63,744 nt of DNA, filler included, from Raillietiella orientalis (GCA_036172245.1; 3 parts of 3 records of this genome joined end to end with filler, not necessarily neighbours in it); one strand, 5' to 3'. Positions 1-14,200 are shown, counted from the whole stretch's first letter. The notes: generated by a model from the letters alone, not told the origin. Translations and numbers: made by a program.

Positions 1-1950
1 AGTGGATGGGGAAGGTTCAACTACCTGCCCCCGCTTTCAATTGAGAGCTCTACGGACTGCACGTTTAGGCTGTGCAGCCTCTGATCTTAAAAGCACGCAG
101 TCACATGATGGAAAACCTTCTTTATCTCATACAGCGCGCTGGGGTTGTGGGATCTGGCCTTTGTAGGCCCCAGCTTCGTGGCCGCCGTTGACGGGGCAGA
201 GGCCGCAGCGCCCCACTCTTCGCTGCGCGGGGGATGATCTTGTGGGAGCGAACTTCTTCCCTTTTATCGGCACAAGGGACGACGTCGCCAGCAGCCGCTT
301 GCTCTCCATTGCAGAGTAACCGGAGCTCTAGATAACCCACAACAAAAAAGAATTCGCTTAGCAGATGACACCCCTCGACGACGATGCCTGTGCAAAGGCG
401 GCGTTGTCGTCAGACGCGTCCCGCGGCACATTCTTTACGGTCGTGTTTTGCGATAGCTCCGTTTGCTCCGCTGTTTGTGTTTTTTTCGTTGTGCTTTTGT
501 GTTTTTGGTCAGATGGCCCGAAGACGACGAGGAAGAATAGGGAGGAGACCATCTCCGCTCTCGCTGTGGCAACATTGCTTGCAGTAGAGGGACGAGTCGT
601 CTCCGCCGGAGAAGTTTGCTCAAATCGCTGGCGATGAGGCAGCGCAAGAAGCATTGCTCGCAGCGCAAGTCTTGACCTGCAAGTGTATGCTGCAAATGTG
701 TCCAAGCGTGCACTCAGGTATTGGGTGGGTCAACTTATGCCGGAGCAGGTTGGGCTAGAGTTCGGCCGCGATCCCCACCTAATCAAAATTGCAAAGAGTG
801 GCACTGTATAGATGATAAAATCCAACGAAAAATCATCACTTTCCATCCTCAGTAGCTAGCAAATACGTCTACGGGGAGAGAAGCAAAGGCTGCCTAGGAC
901 TGATGAAGCTTGCTAACGAGTCTGACATGTTTAATATGGATAGCTGCTTCCACTTACTTCGTCGGTAAAAAGGTTAGCGCGGAAAACTTTAAACGAATTG
1001 GTTCAGAAAAAAATCCGCGAAGCTCCGAAAGATGAAAATCTCGGAAAAATACTGACGAAGATTGCATGCAGAAGAACTACACCATCCAAAAGAGAGTGGC
1101 ATAGCTTCTGGTCAAAGGGAAGGAAGGCCTTTAGAAGAGAAAAAACCTGCTGGAATTTCCAAGATGGAGAACCGATTACACAGGTCGACAAAGTCATCTC
1201 CATCACCAGCACGAGAAGAAAGCTTGCCTCCGGTGCTACGACACTGCAAAGGGAACTCGCATGTCAATCCTTAATCCCGAATCACATTAGTCATAGGAGA
1301 ACCGTGCAGTGCTTGAACATGCATCACTCCTCAAGCTTTTTCTACACTAATAAATTACCACTCATGATTAAAGGAACACAAGTTCATGCAACAGCAAGAC
1401 TAAATCAATCCTTTGCCAATCAACGCTGGACCAACGAAAAAGACAGAAGAACGCATATGTCGGCGTTGCGGGCCAGAGGACGAAATGTTGTCTAAGTGTA
1501 GATGCAGGAAACACGTTTTCTTGTCCATGGTACTCCGAGAGGGGATTCGAGAATGAATCCAGAAGGTCGCAGGTGGAGTCTTGTGCCAAGAAATCAGAGA
1601 GCGCCAGGGACAGCTTCCACCCTAAAACTGGGTGTCACCTCGCAAAAAGGGAACTGGATATGTGTGCCAGACGTTTGCTTCCCATACGAAAGTGGAAAAA
1701 AGGAGTTCAGCATAGCCAGAAGAACAAGGAAGGAGAATACAAGGACGTAGCAATGCAACTGAAAAAAGGGGAAAAGCAAACCAGGGTACACGCGTTCTTC
1801 GTTCGCTCTCTGGGAGCATGGGATTCCCGCGATGAAGAAGTATTGGAAGACATAAGAATAACAAAAAAAACGCTGGTGGATCTAAGGCAACAGATGGTGG
1901 CTACGTGTATCCGGTACCGAAGTGATATGTATACGGAGCCAAGGTGGCAA
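1..1950 (+). mobile_element. Degraded 3' part of an RLE-type non-LTR retrotransposon (Utopia/NeSL-like): RT end, thumb, CCHC knuckle, restriction-like endonuclease
   Basis: Motifs occur in the expected order across frameshifts: AGDDLV (227-244, YADD-like); KYVYGERSKGCLG...ESD...DSCFHLL (861-960); WSKGRKAFRR..CWNFQDGEP, RRKL, SSFF, HATARLN (ORF 998-1495); CRRCG (1458-1472); PDVCFPYE (~1667-1690); KEGEYKD, VRSLGAWD and MVATCIRYRSDMYTE (ORF 1573-2124). These resemble the NeSL/Utopia C-terminal consensus as I recall it. Multiple stops and frameshifts. Confidence 0.72.
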
Positions 1951-2679
1951 GGAAAACCGACAGCCAGTCAGAGAATCCAGACAATCCTCTTCCACCATAG
2001 GAAAGCAAGCAAGCAGAGGAAGCACCATAAAGATGAGGCGAGGAGTGCACAAGAGGAAGAGAATAGTAACTGCGAAAGAATGAACAGAGTTTTCTGCGAC
2101 GAGTTATGTCATTGCGCACATTAACAACGATAAAGTTGGAAACTTCGAAGTGCTCAACACCTTCAATTTTTCCACTGATTCGCTGAAGCGTTATTCCCAT
2201 GATCCCTTCGAAGAACCTGTGATTGCATGCGGCAATGAAAAAGCTGCATTTGACCACCGGTCTTCCCAATATGGTCGCGACGCTCCAAGTGACATTTTGG
2301 GCTATCTTGGGAAGACAAGAGACCTAATGAGGCTTCTGCTTCACTTCCGGGAACAATAGCTTCCTTGAATGGAATCAAGAATATGACGCTTCAGCTGATG
2401 AGTGGAAACACTCCAAGTGCTGTCCACTTGAAAATTAAGAGCGCTAGAGGAATTTTTAATTCGAACTTTGGAGCGTCGGTTTTCACCGTGGATCTTTGGA
2501 GCGTTTATTTGAATTAACTCTCCAATTCTTATTTCTCTCCTATGCACAGCTTGCCAGGAGTGCCGTGTGCAGACCGGAGAGAATGACCTCGACATCAGAG
2601 GCGATGAGGAAAAGAAGAACAAAGAAATAAACAAAAACACATGAACATTAATAGACTCTGAAAAGAGATTCTGAGACGG

Positions 2680-3400
2680 GAAGAAATCCCTGCCTGTTGG
2701 GAGTCGTCCTCTATCCTTTGCAGGGTGCTGGCAAGTTCGTCTCTTCTGTTAATCAGGTGGGCCTTTCTAGGATGTGGTGGATAGCGTCCCTGCCGCTTCC
2801 TGCTTCATCTCTCCTCGCCGTTATGCTCTTGCGCAGGCAGCAAAGCGCTGCTACCGATGCGTCGTGCACGAAGAGAGGTCTAATTACGTCCCTGGGGTTG
2901 CCAAATGCGCTCCGGAGGTTCGTCGCTGGAAAGCGTCTTCATAATGGTCTCACGGCAACACAGTCCTCAAGCAGGTGCGGCAAGGTTTCCCATTCCCCGT
3001 TCCTGCTGCAATGAGGATCCACAACTCCCTGAGTACGGTGGTTGCGTTGGAGGTCTTAGTGAAACAGCAAGAACGCCGCCTGTTGCCATTTGAGAGGGAG
3101 GGTGCGGTGATTCAGGAGGGATGGGGGCCGCACGAGATCCTCACGGGGAATGCTCAGCAGCTCACCCCAACACACAACTCCCTGAGGCTGCAGACTTGGA
3201 ATCGCAGCACTGGTTAGCAGGATCGTGGTCCAGTCCGCGAGCGTCCTTCTGCAGCATACTGTCTAGCAGAAGACTTCCTATCTGGCTGTCAGCTTGCAGT
3301 TGCCAAGCTTCTCGCGCAGGGTTGGCAACGCGGCTGTATGGGAACTTCGTCCTTCGTCCTTTGCACTTGGTAGGTTGTATGATCATCCCTTGGAGTGAGC
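2680..3400 (-). mobile_element. Inverted, degraded pre-RT/RT N-terminal fragment of an RLE-type LINE
   Basis: Minus-strand translations give NPAREAWQLQ..RKSSARQ (resembling the 'EASRIQ.LYR.NR' pre-RT region), GNPRDVIRPLFVHD...CCCLRK (GD..D..NWRPI-like), LSTTS*KG (S..QKG with CAG>TAG) and TLQRIEDDSQQAG. Heavily mutated. Confidence 0.42.
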
Positions 3401-6099
3401 AGTTGTCGCACATGCATGGCTGCATGTACAGGTTCGGTCGTTGCGCTTCGCCTATGTGTTTACAATTCCCTAAAGTCAGGCACTACCGTTCGCAGGGTGG
3501 CAGGTGATCCATTGGTTTTTCCTAGTCAGTGCAGCTATGCGCCGCAGTTGCAGTTTGCAAGGGGTCGTTGGAGCTTCTCCGTGCAAGGAATGAAGAGAGT
3601 TCCTCGCAGCGGGCGCCTGTTCCGACCAGGAGACGTGTAGGTTTGCACCAGTGGATATTCGAGAGCTCTGAAACTAGCTCCAGGAATCAGCAACTCGCTC
3701 CAGAGCTACAGCTCCTAGCGTTATATCACTTCAGCTGCAGCTCTAAGTGATCCAGCTTAGGAGGGTGAAGTCACCGTCGAGTCGCAAAGCACACATAAAC
3801 TTGAAAAGGAAAAGAGACTTTACTTTGCCCCACAGGGCGATGCGGAGGAGATCCTTCTCCCTTTTCATTACACTGCTGGGCGAGGGGCAAACAAGAAGCA
3901 GGGAACGGAAAAGGGGGACCACGAAGCTGTTCCACACAGTGGCTCGTTTCTTGCCATCCTGGAAGGGGCCTAGAGCCTGTTCTGCCTTCATGGTTTTGGG
4001 TGAGTCAGAGCCTGAATCCCCTCATTCTGGGTGCTCCACTGCTGGATTCCTGACCAACGAGAAGCTCTATACTCAAGAATGTTGCAATTCTACGGAAAAA
4101 GCGTTCGAGGTTCGCTCGCAACCAACAAAAACAGTCTGCTTTTCTCTTGAGATTAACTTTGATAGTATTTTTCTGGTGCAAAGAAATGGAATGTGTTTAA
4201 AGTACGCGAATTCAAACTCACATGACTACGTGACATGAGATGCTAGTCTGACCTAGAACGAGAAAAAAAACGCATTTGCGTTCATGCTTGAACTTTGAAA
4301 AGCAAAGGTTTCGTTGGCAAAATCACACTTGTGGAGTGTTGAAGATTTTCGAAGAATCTCCCATTTGCGTTTCATCATTCAGAGGTTGCTAGTAAAATAT
4401 CCAAAGAGCTTTAAAGGTCTCCAATCGAGAGTTCTGACGCACGTTAGACAGAACAGACAGAAGACGGAAGACAGAACCAGTGTGCAATGCAAAGGACCAG
4501 TATCCCTTCTTGTGTGTTCAGGCCATCAAAGTGATTTACAATGACCTGTGGAAAATTTTGAGCTGTCTTATAGACCGATCACTTTGGTCATAATCTCTCT
4601 AAAAAGGTTTGTGTGAGTCATGTAAGAACTATCCCCAAGGATTCTTTTATGATCTATAAAGATTTGCATCCGTACCACTCAAGTGTTTTCTGTTCTGCGT
4701 ACACTGCAAGTACCTGGTGGCTCTTCACCGTTCTTATGCCTTCCGAATGTTCTTCTTGAATTTCCCTGAAATGTGCTTCATTCTGCACCTCCTCCCATTT
4801 CACTGGATACATAGGACTGCATGCATAGTCATGCAGTTCATGGACGCAGTGCCATTCATTCACTTCGGGACCACCTGAGTGCCATGGAAGCCAAGAGCCA
4901 TTGAATAGCTGCTAAGTTCATAGACATCTGCGCTGTCGCCATTCTGCAGGATTTCAGTATTTCCTAACAACTGCAAAAGCCGACAGATAAACAGTGCAGC
5001 TGATAGACACTGTTGAGTGGCAAAAGCTTCTTTTCAAGCGCTTCTTTGTAGAGCGCTCACCTCTCCATACGACTTCATGCAGCAGATGAAAGAGAATCAG
5101 CCCACCCCTTCTGTAATCGCCAAGAACTTTAGATGCTCAGCTACTTTACCAAAGTATCACCCTGATGTCGTTTTCTCTGAGTCGTGTTTGGTCAGGGATT
5201 TCCATCCAGAGTCGCGGCTGTCGACTGCCTCACTGAAAATCTGAAACCTCCTTTCGTGGGGTCACTCGCCGTCGATCGAGTGGAAGGTGTGCGGTGATGC
5301 TGAAGATTTGCACTACGCATCTTAGGAGGATTGCTGCCACCAGGAAAGTTGCGTGGTCCCCTTCTACGGGTAGCGCATTGAGCGCATGAGTTCCAGGGAA
5401 ATGAGGAAAGAGGCGTGTCCTCTCGTGTCTTTCAGAGCGCCAGTCATCCTATCCAAGCTTCCACGTGGAAGACCACGAGCTATAATTCGTTCTTACAAAT
5501 GCTCGATCTTCCGTTCTTCTGATAGGGTGCAATGAGGATGTTCCTGGGTGTGCAACGAAAGTACACTCTATGAACACATCTCAAACACAGTGCGTCCTTT
5601 TTATTGATGGACGGCGATCGCTGTCCTGAATTTTGCTGTTTTCCTTAAGGTGATTTAGCAAACGTCACAAAGCAGTCTTGTTGACGAAATAAGCATTCTA
5701 TAAGGATTGGCGTGTTCTCATATATTACTTGTTGATTTGGGAAAGACCTGAAATGAAAGTTTTGTTAATATGTAAACTACATTGCCTTGTATGTGTTGCC
5801 CTGCTTTGGATTTGGTGTTTCAAGTACACAGAACGGTTCTGACCACTTCATGGAAATCTTTCAGTCGTGCGTTTCCCACAAGCACGATAGCGACGAGAGA
5901 ATTAAGACCGATACGTTGGGCTGTTACACGTTTATAAGGATGCCGACTATTGCTTAGGGTACTTAGGTGAGCCTCTTTTGCAAAAATGACTATCGCTGCA
6001 TGAGCAAAGCAAGAAAGAAAGCATTTATAATTGTAATTTAATTTCGAGTTCGAGGACACGTTAGGGAAACTTCATCTTTTGCCTAATGTGATCAGGGAG

Positions 6100-7850
6100 C
6101 GGGAAGAAAAATTGCTGTTTTGGCTCTTCTCGTATCTTTCCTTGCAGCAGACCTCAGCCTGCTAAGCAGCAGATAGGCAAAAAAGGTTCGTAGGCGAATG
6201 TGGAGAACGTGAAATGTCTTACGTTGGCACGTAGTTGCGTTGAATTTTGCAATCGCAGTCTGGCGGCCCTCTTGATGTGTAGACACTGACTCTGCGAGGT
6301 CTTCCTGAAAATGTCTTTAAGTGGCATCACGGGTTTTCCGAAGAGCGTTCACACAGTACCGTGAGGTAAAGCATGCAGTAGTAAACAGCCCTTGGATCAG
6401 TATAGGGTCTCATTTTGATGCCACACTTCATGGATCGATTGTTCACCGTAAGGAAATCGAAGCAACAGGCATCACAGTGATGGGAAAAAGTCAGGTCATC
6501 ATCACCTCGCCACAGGCCAGCGAGAAGGTTACCAGTGAGAATGAGAATCAGCATACAACGGAACTGAGAAAACAAAGTACAATATCTCAGAATTCTGAGT
6601 GTGTGGAAGGGAAATGCTGCTGCTATGCGAATCAAGTGGAGCAGACATCGAATTTCTTAGCATTGCTTCACTTCAGCGTCTCTTTGTAGAGAGTATCTAG
6701 GCATGCTTACCATGTTACCACGGATCAAACCATCAATAAGAATTATTATAATACTCTTACGATCTCCACAGAGCCCTTACATAAAATAACATCGCAATCG
6801 GGAAATCTGATTACCAGAAGTGCACACAATTCGCGCACCCTACGCACACAAATAAGATATTCAAGTCAAGTTCTAAAAATCAAAGAACGCATTGCTGTTC
6901 TCTACAAGTGCTATTTCTCTGAGATTTAATTTTCATGTACATGCAGTAATGGTACTGTAGACATTTTCCGCATGCTCGCTTCCGTAAAATAGAAAACGTA
7001 TTGAAAGGGTCAATGGCAATATGGGATTCAGCGTGAACCAACACATTGAAATGGATCCAACTGAGAAATAGAACACAGGAATCAGGGTTGCTATTTTTTC
7101 ATCACAGGTGGGTTGGGCAAACGGCCTTATGAACAGCACACATTGCAAGTGCCCCTTGGGTTCATTCAGTACTCAGAACGTCACGGGAGCTGCTCTTCGA
7201 CTCCCTCTGATAAAACCCGACTGCATGCACTTGGAAATGTCCTCGTCAAAACAGGTAATTGTTCTTCTCCTCTATTCGCGCTGGAGACCATGAACATGAG
7301 GAGGTTCTTTCCTAACCTATCCCATAAAAATTGACGAACCGCACGTCATCACCGGAAGAATAGTAGCAGCGAATAGTAGTAAGCAAAGCTCATTAAGAGG
7401 AGCGCTCGGCCTACCTCCAGAAAGACGCCAAAACCCTTCAGTGTGTATATCCACAAGAGAGACTGAAACTTTCCACAAAATTCTTTCCTTCGGCGGCGAT
7501 ATTCCTCCCCACTTTCAGTAGACTGGTAGATGGCGTGCTCAGGGAAAGTGCTTGAAACAGAAAAGATGTTCGCAGTGAGCAACTGCATAAGGTTTTCACA
7601 AACATTCTACTGATGAGTGCATGCGCGGAAGGTGTGCAAGAAATTTATTCTTCAAGAAAAACCCCAACACACGCCTGCACCCATCACTCAACTGTAACAA
7701 AGTGGATAAAGCCGATTCACCGTATTTATCCACATCTCTTATCCTCATTTTCTGAATGTCCTTTGAAGCTCTTCTTCTTGCTCTTCTTTCATGTCCCACC
7801 TGTATCAAAAAAAGGACAAAATAAGCGATGCAAACCTTCGACAAAATCGA
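6100..7850 (-). pseudogene. Possible heavily decayed rhodopsin-like (class A) GPCR fragments
   Basis: Hydrophobic segments with GPCR-like words: LILILTGNLLA (TM1 GN), SLACGEVMM..MP (TM2), KMRPY...VYYCMLYLTVLCER (TM3/ERY), LLLMSFAY (TM5), ISMCWF (TM6). The order is not collinear as one gene and the frames are broken. Confidence 0.25.
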
Positions 7851-10800
7851 AAACGAAAAATAGAAATAAAAAAAGTTGTCTTTCAGGGACTAAATGTGAT
7901 CCATTAATGCACGGAGGAAGTGCATTAGAAGAAGTGCATTGAATTTCCATTTCTCCACCATGTCAAATCGTTAGCCATGTTGACTTTGTGTGTTCGAACG
8001 AGGAAGGTCGGATGTGCTACTAAGGAATGCAAAGGTTAGTCATGGGAATCATTTCTGCATTAAAATCCGGGTCAGGGAAAAATGCAGACAACCACGCTCT
8101 TCCGCCGTGAAGTCTTTCCTCTACGTGTAGGTTTCTTGGAAAATGGAAGATGCTGTGATCGCCAAAACAGAGTTTCTTTCCCTAGAATTCGCAAGAGCAT
8201 GAAGCTGCTGTTTAAATCAAGACAACCATCGTGTGATTCTGGGAAGCCTGAGCAGGTAGCAATAGCCCACTCTCTGTGCTCCTTCCACCCATTTCTTCTT
8301 TTAAGAAGAACCCTTGCAATGTTACAGTGTTCCGCAAGTCAAAACCAAGTCTTCACCGATCTATTTACTTCTTGCATTAACTTCGTCTTCTTTCATTAGC
8401 TTTTTTTCGAGTTACAATATTCAATCTTATAGTGTGAAACTGTTTCTAAGTATTCATTTTTCCTTTAATTTTAAGAAATTATCCGCTGGTGCATCTACTC
8501 AAATGATTAAAAACATTACGCTCAGAAGTTTGCTTGAAAAATCATAACCAACGAGAGAACAGCTGACTCTGGCTGCAAAAAAGGTGCAGATTAATCCTTT
8601 ACAGGGAAGAATCTGGAAAGGCTTTTTCTTAGTTCGAGTAAGATGGCTGCGATCTCCAAACTAAATTGTCGTTTCAAATCGATCCATTTGCATGACTTGT
8701 TCAAAGAAATGAGAGAGTACAAATGTCCTCCAATGGTCGCTGGCGCAGAAGCAGCAAATAGGCTGTAGCCAAGGCTCTGACAAAACATCAAAACATTGCG
8801 ATCGCAGCAGTTGGCGAGAGTGGCTTTGGCGAAAAATGCCGCCTCATATGCACAACCGTCTAGAGCACAGGATAAGTGAATGCTGGCCTCAGGATGCAAC
8901 AGTATCCTTCGGACAAAGCATGTCCGAAGAACAAGGCGTCCCTCTGTCAGAGACATTTTTATTGGACTTCAAGCGACTATGACGTTACACTCCTTCCAGG
9001 AAGCAAGTAACATATGGAGCTCAATCCCAGCGAGGCTGCAGCCGAAACTGCTGCTTGCATACCTCTCTTCACTGTACAGGTATTGGTTCGTGTACCGAAG
9101 AAACGATTGTTTCCTAGCCATCCTCGTTCCATGAGAGATGCGAATCTCTTGACGAACGGCTGCAAGGAATTCTTGACGCATGGAGCTATATAGAAAACAT
9201 TTAATATCTCTCCCAATATCTTTTTTAAAGTCAGCTGTGTGTTTCAAACAAAAGTGAATCGGCATGAAGATGCTCCTTCAGTGACAGCTTTAGATTTTAG
9301 GAGACCTCAGCAACGCGTGCTTTTGACTGAGGATCCGTAGAGCCCTCGAGTTCAACAGCTCATGCTACATCGAGGACCTTAAAAAGGATGCCGATCGCTG
9401 AAAATAGTTCCGAAATAAGTTCTTTGCCTTCCACGAGCTGGAAGACTCTCAAGGTGCTTAATAGACGTATATTGTCTCTTCCTCTGTTTGTATCTTCTGC
9501 AGTGCTTCCCGATTTCTCTTTTTGCCACTCCCTGCTTATTCTCTGCATCCCACTGTGTGTTTCTCTTCTTACTGAGAAGCGTAGGTTACTTTTTCCGTAA
9601 TGCAGTGACTTCCGCTCCTGGAAGTAGACCTCTTTTGAGGAAGGATCAAAGTAATGTACAATTATCACAGACCACAAAAAACGTTGCATGACACTATTGC
9701 CAATTTTCAGAGGATATTTTTCCAAATAGAAGTACACTATACTTTGGAATTGCAGGTTGTGTTCCACTGCAGTACGCATCAGAGCAAACTCGAATCACAT
9801 GTTGTTATCCAGGGCTTCTTTCGGAATGCTTCCAGAGGTAGTGCTTGATAAGAAATACATGCTTGAAATCTTTGTCTCATTTCGAAAGCAATTGATGGAA
9901 AAACTGAAATAGCTGTTTCCTTGGAGATCTGTAGAGCCAGACTGCAAATTATAGTAGAGATTTGTAACGTCAATTCTCCGAAGAGATTGTTTCTTTCTGG
10001 TAGGATGAGCCAAACATGCTAACCGGCTGCTAACCACAAGAGAGTTTGTGAAAATGGAAAGCACAACGAAATGGTGCAGCAAGATGAAAGGCACTTATTC
10101 ATGAGCATCCCTGTCAAAAGAAAATGATCACTGGATTCCTCAGTTCTGCTAATGCTGTGTCAGAAGCGGCTGTAGCTTTAGTTTATCTGCAACGCGACCA
10201 AATGAAGACAGTCTGGCGAAAATTCACAGCAGCATTGCTGCTTAAGAACCGAGATTGCAAATAAGCACGTGATGCTGTGACGGTTTCATGAGTGGTTGGC
10301 ATATGCCTTCCCTCATCGGAGAAAGAGACTCCATAGCTGGAAGCAAGCCTTGTTTTAAAGTAGCCAACTGTGGAGAAATTCATGATCCAGTTAATTGCGG
10401 CAACCCATTCATTGCAAGCATTCCTGGCTGCTTACCTTCACGTTTTCTGCGGACACAAATATCAATTTTTTTACTTCCATTTATCGGAACGATGTTGCAC
10501 CGAGGGCATCAGCATGTATCTGTCGATGGCACAAAAAAGCAAGCAGCCTCGGGAATTCTACCTAAACTACAAGAACGGAACGAAAAACAAAGATTTGCGT
10601 GTTCGGCTCCCGCCTTCAAGAGCCTCACGCGAGAAAACCACGTTGAAAAACACAGATTCCAGGCACAGTAAGGTACCATCGTGTGCGATGGAAGAGTTCC
10701 TCTTGAGTGCACCTGCTTAAGACCAGCATTGCATAGTTATTTTAGTACTAAGGGCCTCGAGTCAAAGGTTGCAAGGAAGACGCACTGAACACTGCACTGC

Positions 10801-10949
10801 AACGAGAACGAATATGCAGTGCAGATGGCGGGAAACTCAAAATATCTTGAAGAAAGCATGTTCCATTGGGAGCATCCATCAAATATCTCGGCCTCTTTAA
10901 TCTATATTCCCGTGCTCTTCACTATAGCAGTTTCGTGCTGCGAGTTCCA

Positions 10950-13900
10950 TGTCTAGCTGCAATTGGAATCACCTGAAATGTCGAAAAACACGTACAGGAT
11001 GTTTAGATGTTTACCAACATATAAATCGGGGGGTGACTCAAAAGGGGGACTTTTTCCTTACACCTGCTGGAGTCCGAGCTCGAGCTACTCCGGCTTCAGT
11101 GATCACGCAAAACGTCGCACGGGAAGCCCGAATACAACAGCAGGGCCACCGACTCCTGCCACTTCACAGGGAAGCTGTGGATGTTTTTCAGCACTGAGGG
11201 TCTTTCAAAATCTTCTGAAGGAATTCTGGCAGCATGTTTCAGCGTAGAAGTCCTCTTGGTGGGACACTTGGGATCGCCACGTCTGTGAACTGGCCCGTAG
11301 TACAGCCACTTCTCCCTCTAAAGTCGATGTCTCTTCGCCACTATGTCGCTGTCCACATGCTCTCTCAACAAGGAGATTGCTGCGGCAAGGGAGGCTGTTC
11401 CAGACCTCGCATACTTGGATCGATGTGAAATGATCTCCTGGAGAGAATACCATCTGCAGATGGAGTACACCAGTCGAATCCATGACTACAAACCCGCGTC
11501 GTTGTACATTTTCCGCGTGAGTACGGTCTCTTGTAGCCAGGCACTACCGTACGCGAAACAACAAGAGATCTCTGCGTTCTGCTTTGTCATCGCAGTCACC
11601 AGTCGGAGCTGAAGTCAGCATCCGGCCACGACTCAGCCGCAGAAATCAAGAAAGGACATACACTCCGATCCTAATACTTGCTTCTTCTTGCTTACGAGAT
11701 ACTTGCTTACGAGAATCTGCATACAAGAGGGTGTCCTGGATCCCGTTATACTGCTGTCGGGAAACAAATTCTGAGAGGACATCCGCAAAACTGAACTCAC
11801 TCTGTTAAGCCGAGCAGGAGGTCCGATCCCCATCCAGACGACAAGGAAACAGCACCCACCCAAGATCGTGCCTGCGAGCAAGGAGCTTTGGGAGAATTCC
11901 ATCCTAGTAATCCCCTGATTGTTTCCTGTTTCTAGTGACACAAAGAACTGGGTATACTACAAGTCCAAATTTACCAAAAAGAATAGAGAAGCAGGAACGC
12001 GGTGGCTACTACCACCAATTCCGCGTGCTCAGGTGCATCGAAATGGAGAGAAGAAACTTCAACCATAGAACGCGCGAAATGTGGAAAAATCAAAGGAACT
12101 TTGAATGTTTCAGGATGCATCACAATAACCATTCTCTCATACGTGAAGAGATCAAGGCACAGATGCCCTTCAGAAAGCTTCCAATCGCTACGGAAGCAAT
12201 ACCGTTTAAAAGTTTGCGATTGGAGCGACGCTCTGGAGGAGTGAATTGTCGTCGGACACCATGATATCTTCCTGATGTTTTAACACAGGGGAAGCCAAAG
12301 TGGGTCAAGGATGATATACTTTGCTGTTACCCAGAAGATGAGGATTGCAGGGCATGTGATGTGTACACGAGACTTCATGTCTTGATCCGTCCCAAGATGC
12401 GTCAAAACTAGAAAACCCTGAAAAGGGTTTGCCAGTTTTGATGGCAAATCCTATCAGGGAAGCTCAGCATCTCTATCAACCTTAAGAGCATGATAGAACT
12501 GCCGAACAGCTCGGATATGGAAGTCTTTGCCGGGATGTTCAGGGAAACGGAAACGTCTCCCGCTACAACCCGATTTTAGGGAAGACCATCGCTCTATTCT
12601 TCACCGCTATCCTAATATGATTGTGGCAGATGAAGGCAAACAGCACTGCCGTATCTCCCTTGGAAATCCAGAAAGGGCTTTGTAAAAAAGATTGGTATTC
12701 GGCATTCTAGACGAGTGCAGACCTGAGCATATTGATACATCCTCAGAAGGATTGAGAATACTCTCCAAACACACCCAGCGCTCGTTCCCCCTAGTCTAAA
12801 ACATTGGTGTAGTGAGGTGAATCGAGCAAGTGTAGGAAACATCCAACAGAGAAAACATTTATTAAATTCGTGCACCCCATTTGAGTGCATGAATGGAAAA
12901 ATGAATTTATCTATCCTTCAAAGAACTGTGAAACGCAAGTGTGTGTCCCGGAGTGTCATAATACTGGTGGAGAACGGCAGCAAGGAGATCACCTGCAAAA
13001 GTAGTCAACTCACCGAAGACCTTCACACGCCGCTGAGCATGGAAGGCCGAGGAATTATTCTTCCACGGAGGATCGGTCTTTCATTCTCCATTAGAAAGCC
13101 ATCGATGTATCCGAGCGCGATATTCTTGCGGCCTCGGAGATCACCCCAAAGTGCACGTCATTTGGGGGAAAGGCAGCTTTCCAGGAGTTTCCCCACCACG
13201 CACAGCGGACTTCATGCGGCGCCCTTTTCCGCCGACAGGGCAAGAATTTCTTAAAAACCGGGAATCAAGGGGATATTCTGATATCTTTTTTGTGAGGAAG
13301 CCCAAAGTTTGAAACGAGTGCGGCGAAGCGGAACATTTCAGGGATAGGAGAACGAAAATCGAGTGTCGCGGAGCTACAAGCAACTTCTGCACATCAGGCG
13401 GGCATGCCCTGCACTTGCGACAGAAACTTCTCGCTCCAGTTTCAAACCGCCTGCTGCCTACGACGCGACATCCACATTGAAAGAGGGCTCTTTATAGACA
13501 AATGTTCCCCTTTAAAATATTTCATTCCGAAGAGAAGTGCTAATTCTCGACCACGGTGTCCAGGAAGACAAATAGCGGGCTTGGTGGCCAGTAGCTGCGG
13601 AGGCACCAAGAAAAACGCCCTGCGTACACCAAGGAGTCAACCCTTCCGCGTCCTTGTTACTGGGCAAGGAACGTGGTGCAGCACCCACCTACAACGGATG
13701 CTAGGTAGCCGTGAATCGCTGTGACGATGTCCCTGTCCCGACACCACTCAGGTGACCGCAGGAAAAGACACGACAGGAAGGAGTCGGTCAATTCCGCCTC
13801 ACCATGCTCGAAGTTCGGAAAGGAGATCGATTTCAATGCGTGAGAAAATCAATTTTCCCGAGTAGGACGTACCCGAAAGACCAAGTTCCGAAGATGAAGA

Positions 13901-14200
13901 ACAGCGGAGGCCAAAGAGGCCCACTGCAGCAATTTCGATTGTAGACAAGCTCATAGGCTGATGAACCACCTGCAAGCATCCGCCTAGAGTGCAGTGGCAA
14001 GGTGAAAATGGGGATCGCCAGGGCTGTCAACCGGTACGTGGTCCTAGCACCTTGCGAGTCTTTTACAGAAAACCTCGCATTCCAAAATGCTCCCTCAAAG
14101 AGAGGGGCGCTGCAACCAGCGAGCTTTTTTCCACCCAACCACACTTGTTGAAACGTACGATGATCTGTGGTGAACAGCCATTGCAAAAGAAGTACAGCAA
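10950..14200 (+). mobile_element. Degraded BEL/Pao LTR-retrotransposon pol remnant (protease linker, RT, RNase H, integrase)
   Basis: Collinear decayed motifs: LLKEFW..TLGI (~11215-11275); NKEIAAAR...EYHLQMEY (ORF 11343-11612); FQSL...CDWSDAL (end of ORF 12002-12244); LHV..DASK..VLMA (~12370-12450); KSSQL..LHTPL...RGII (ORF 12817-13254); TACCLRRDIHIE...RPRCPGRQI (ORF 13404-13724, like FTC..RAIHLE...RRG.P..I). No LTRs identified. Confidence 0.5.

Noticed and set aside
8400..10400. hAT/ZBED-like transposase relic on the minus strand (SLALQISKET, EGKELISELF)
   Set aside because: Only vague word matches, and the spacing between them does not fit the family. Not supportable without a profile search.
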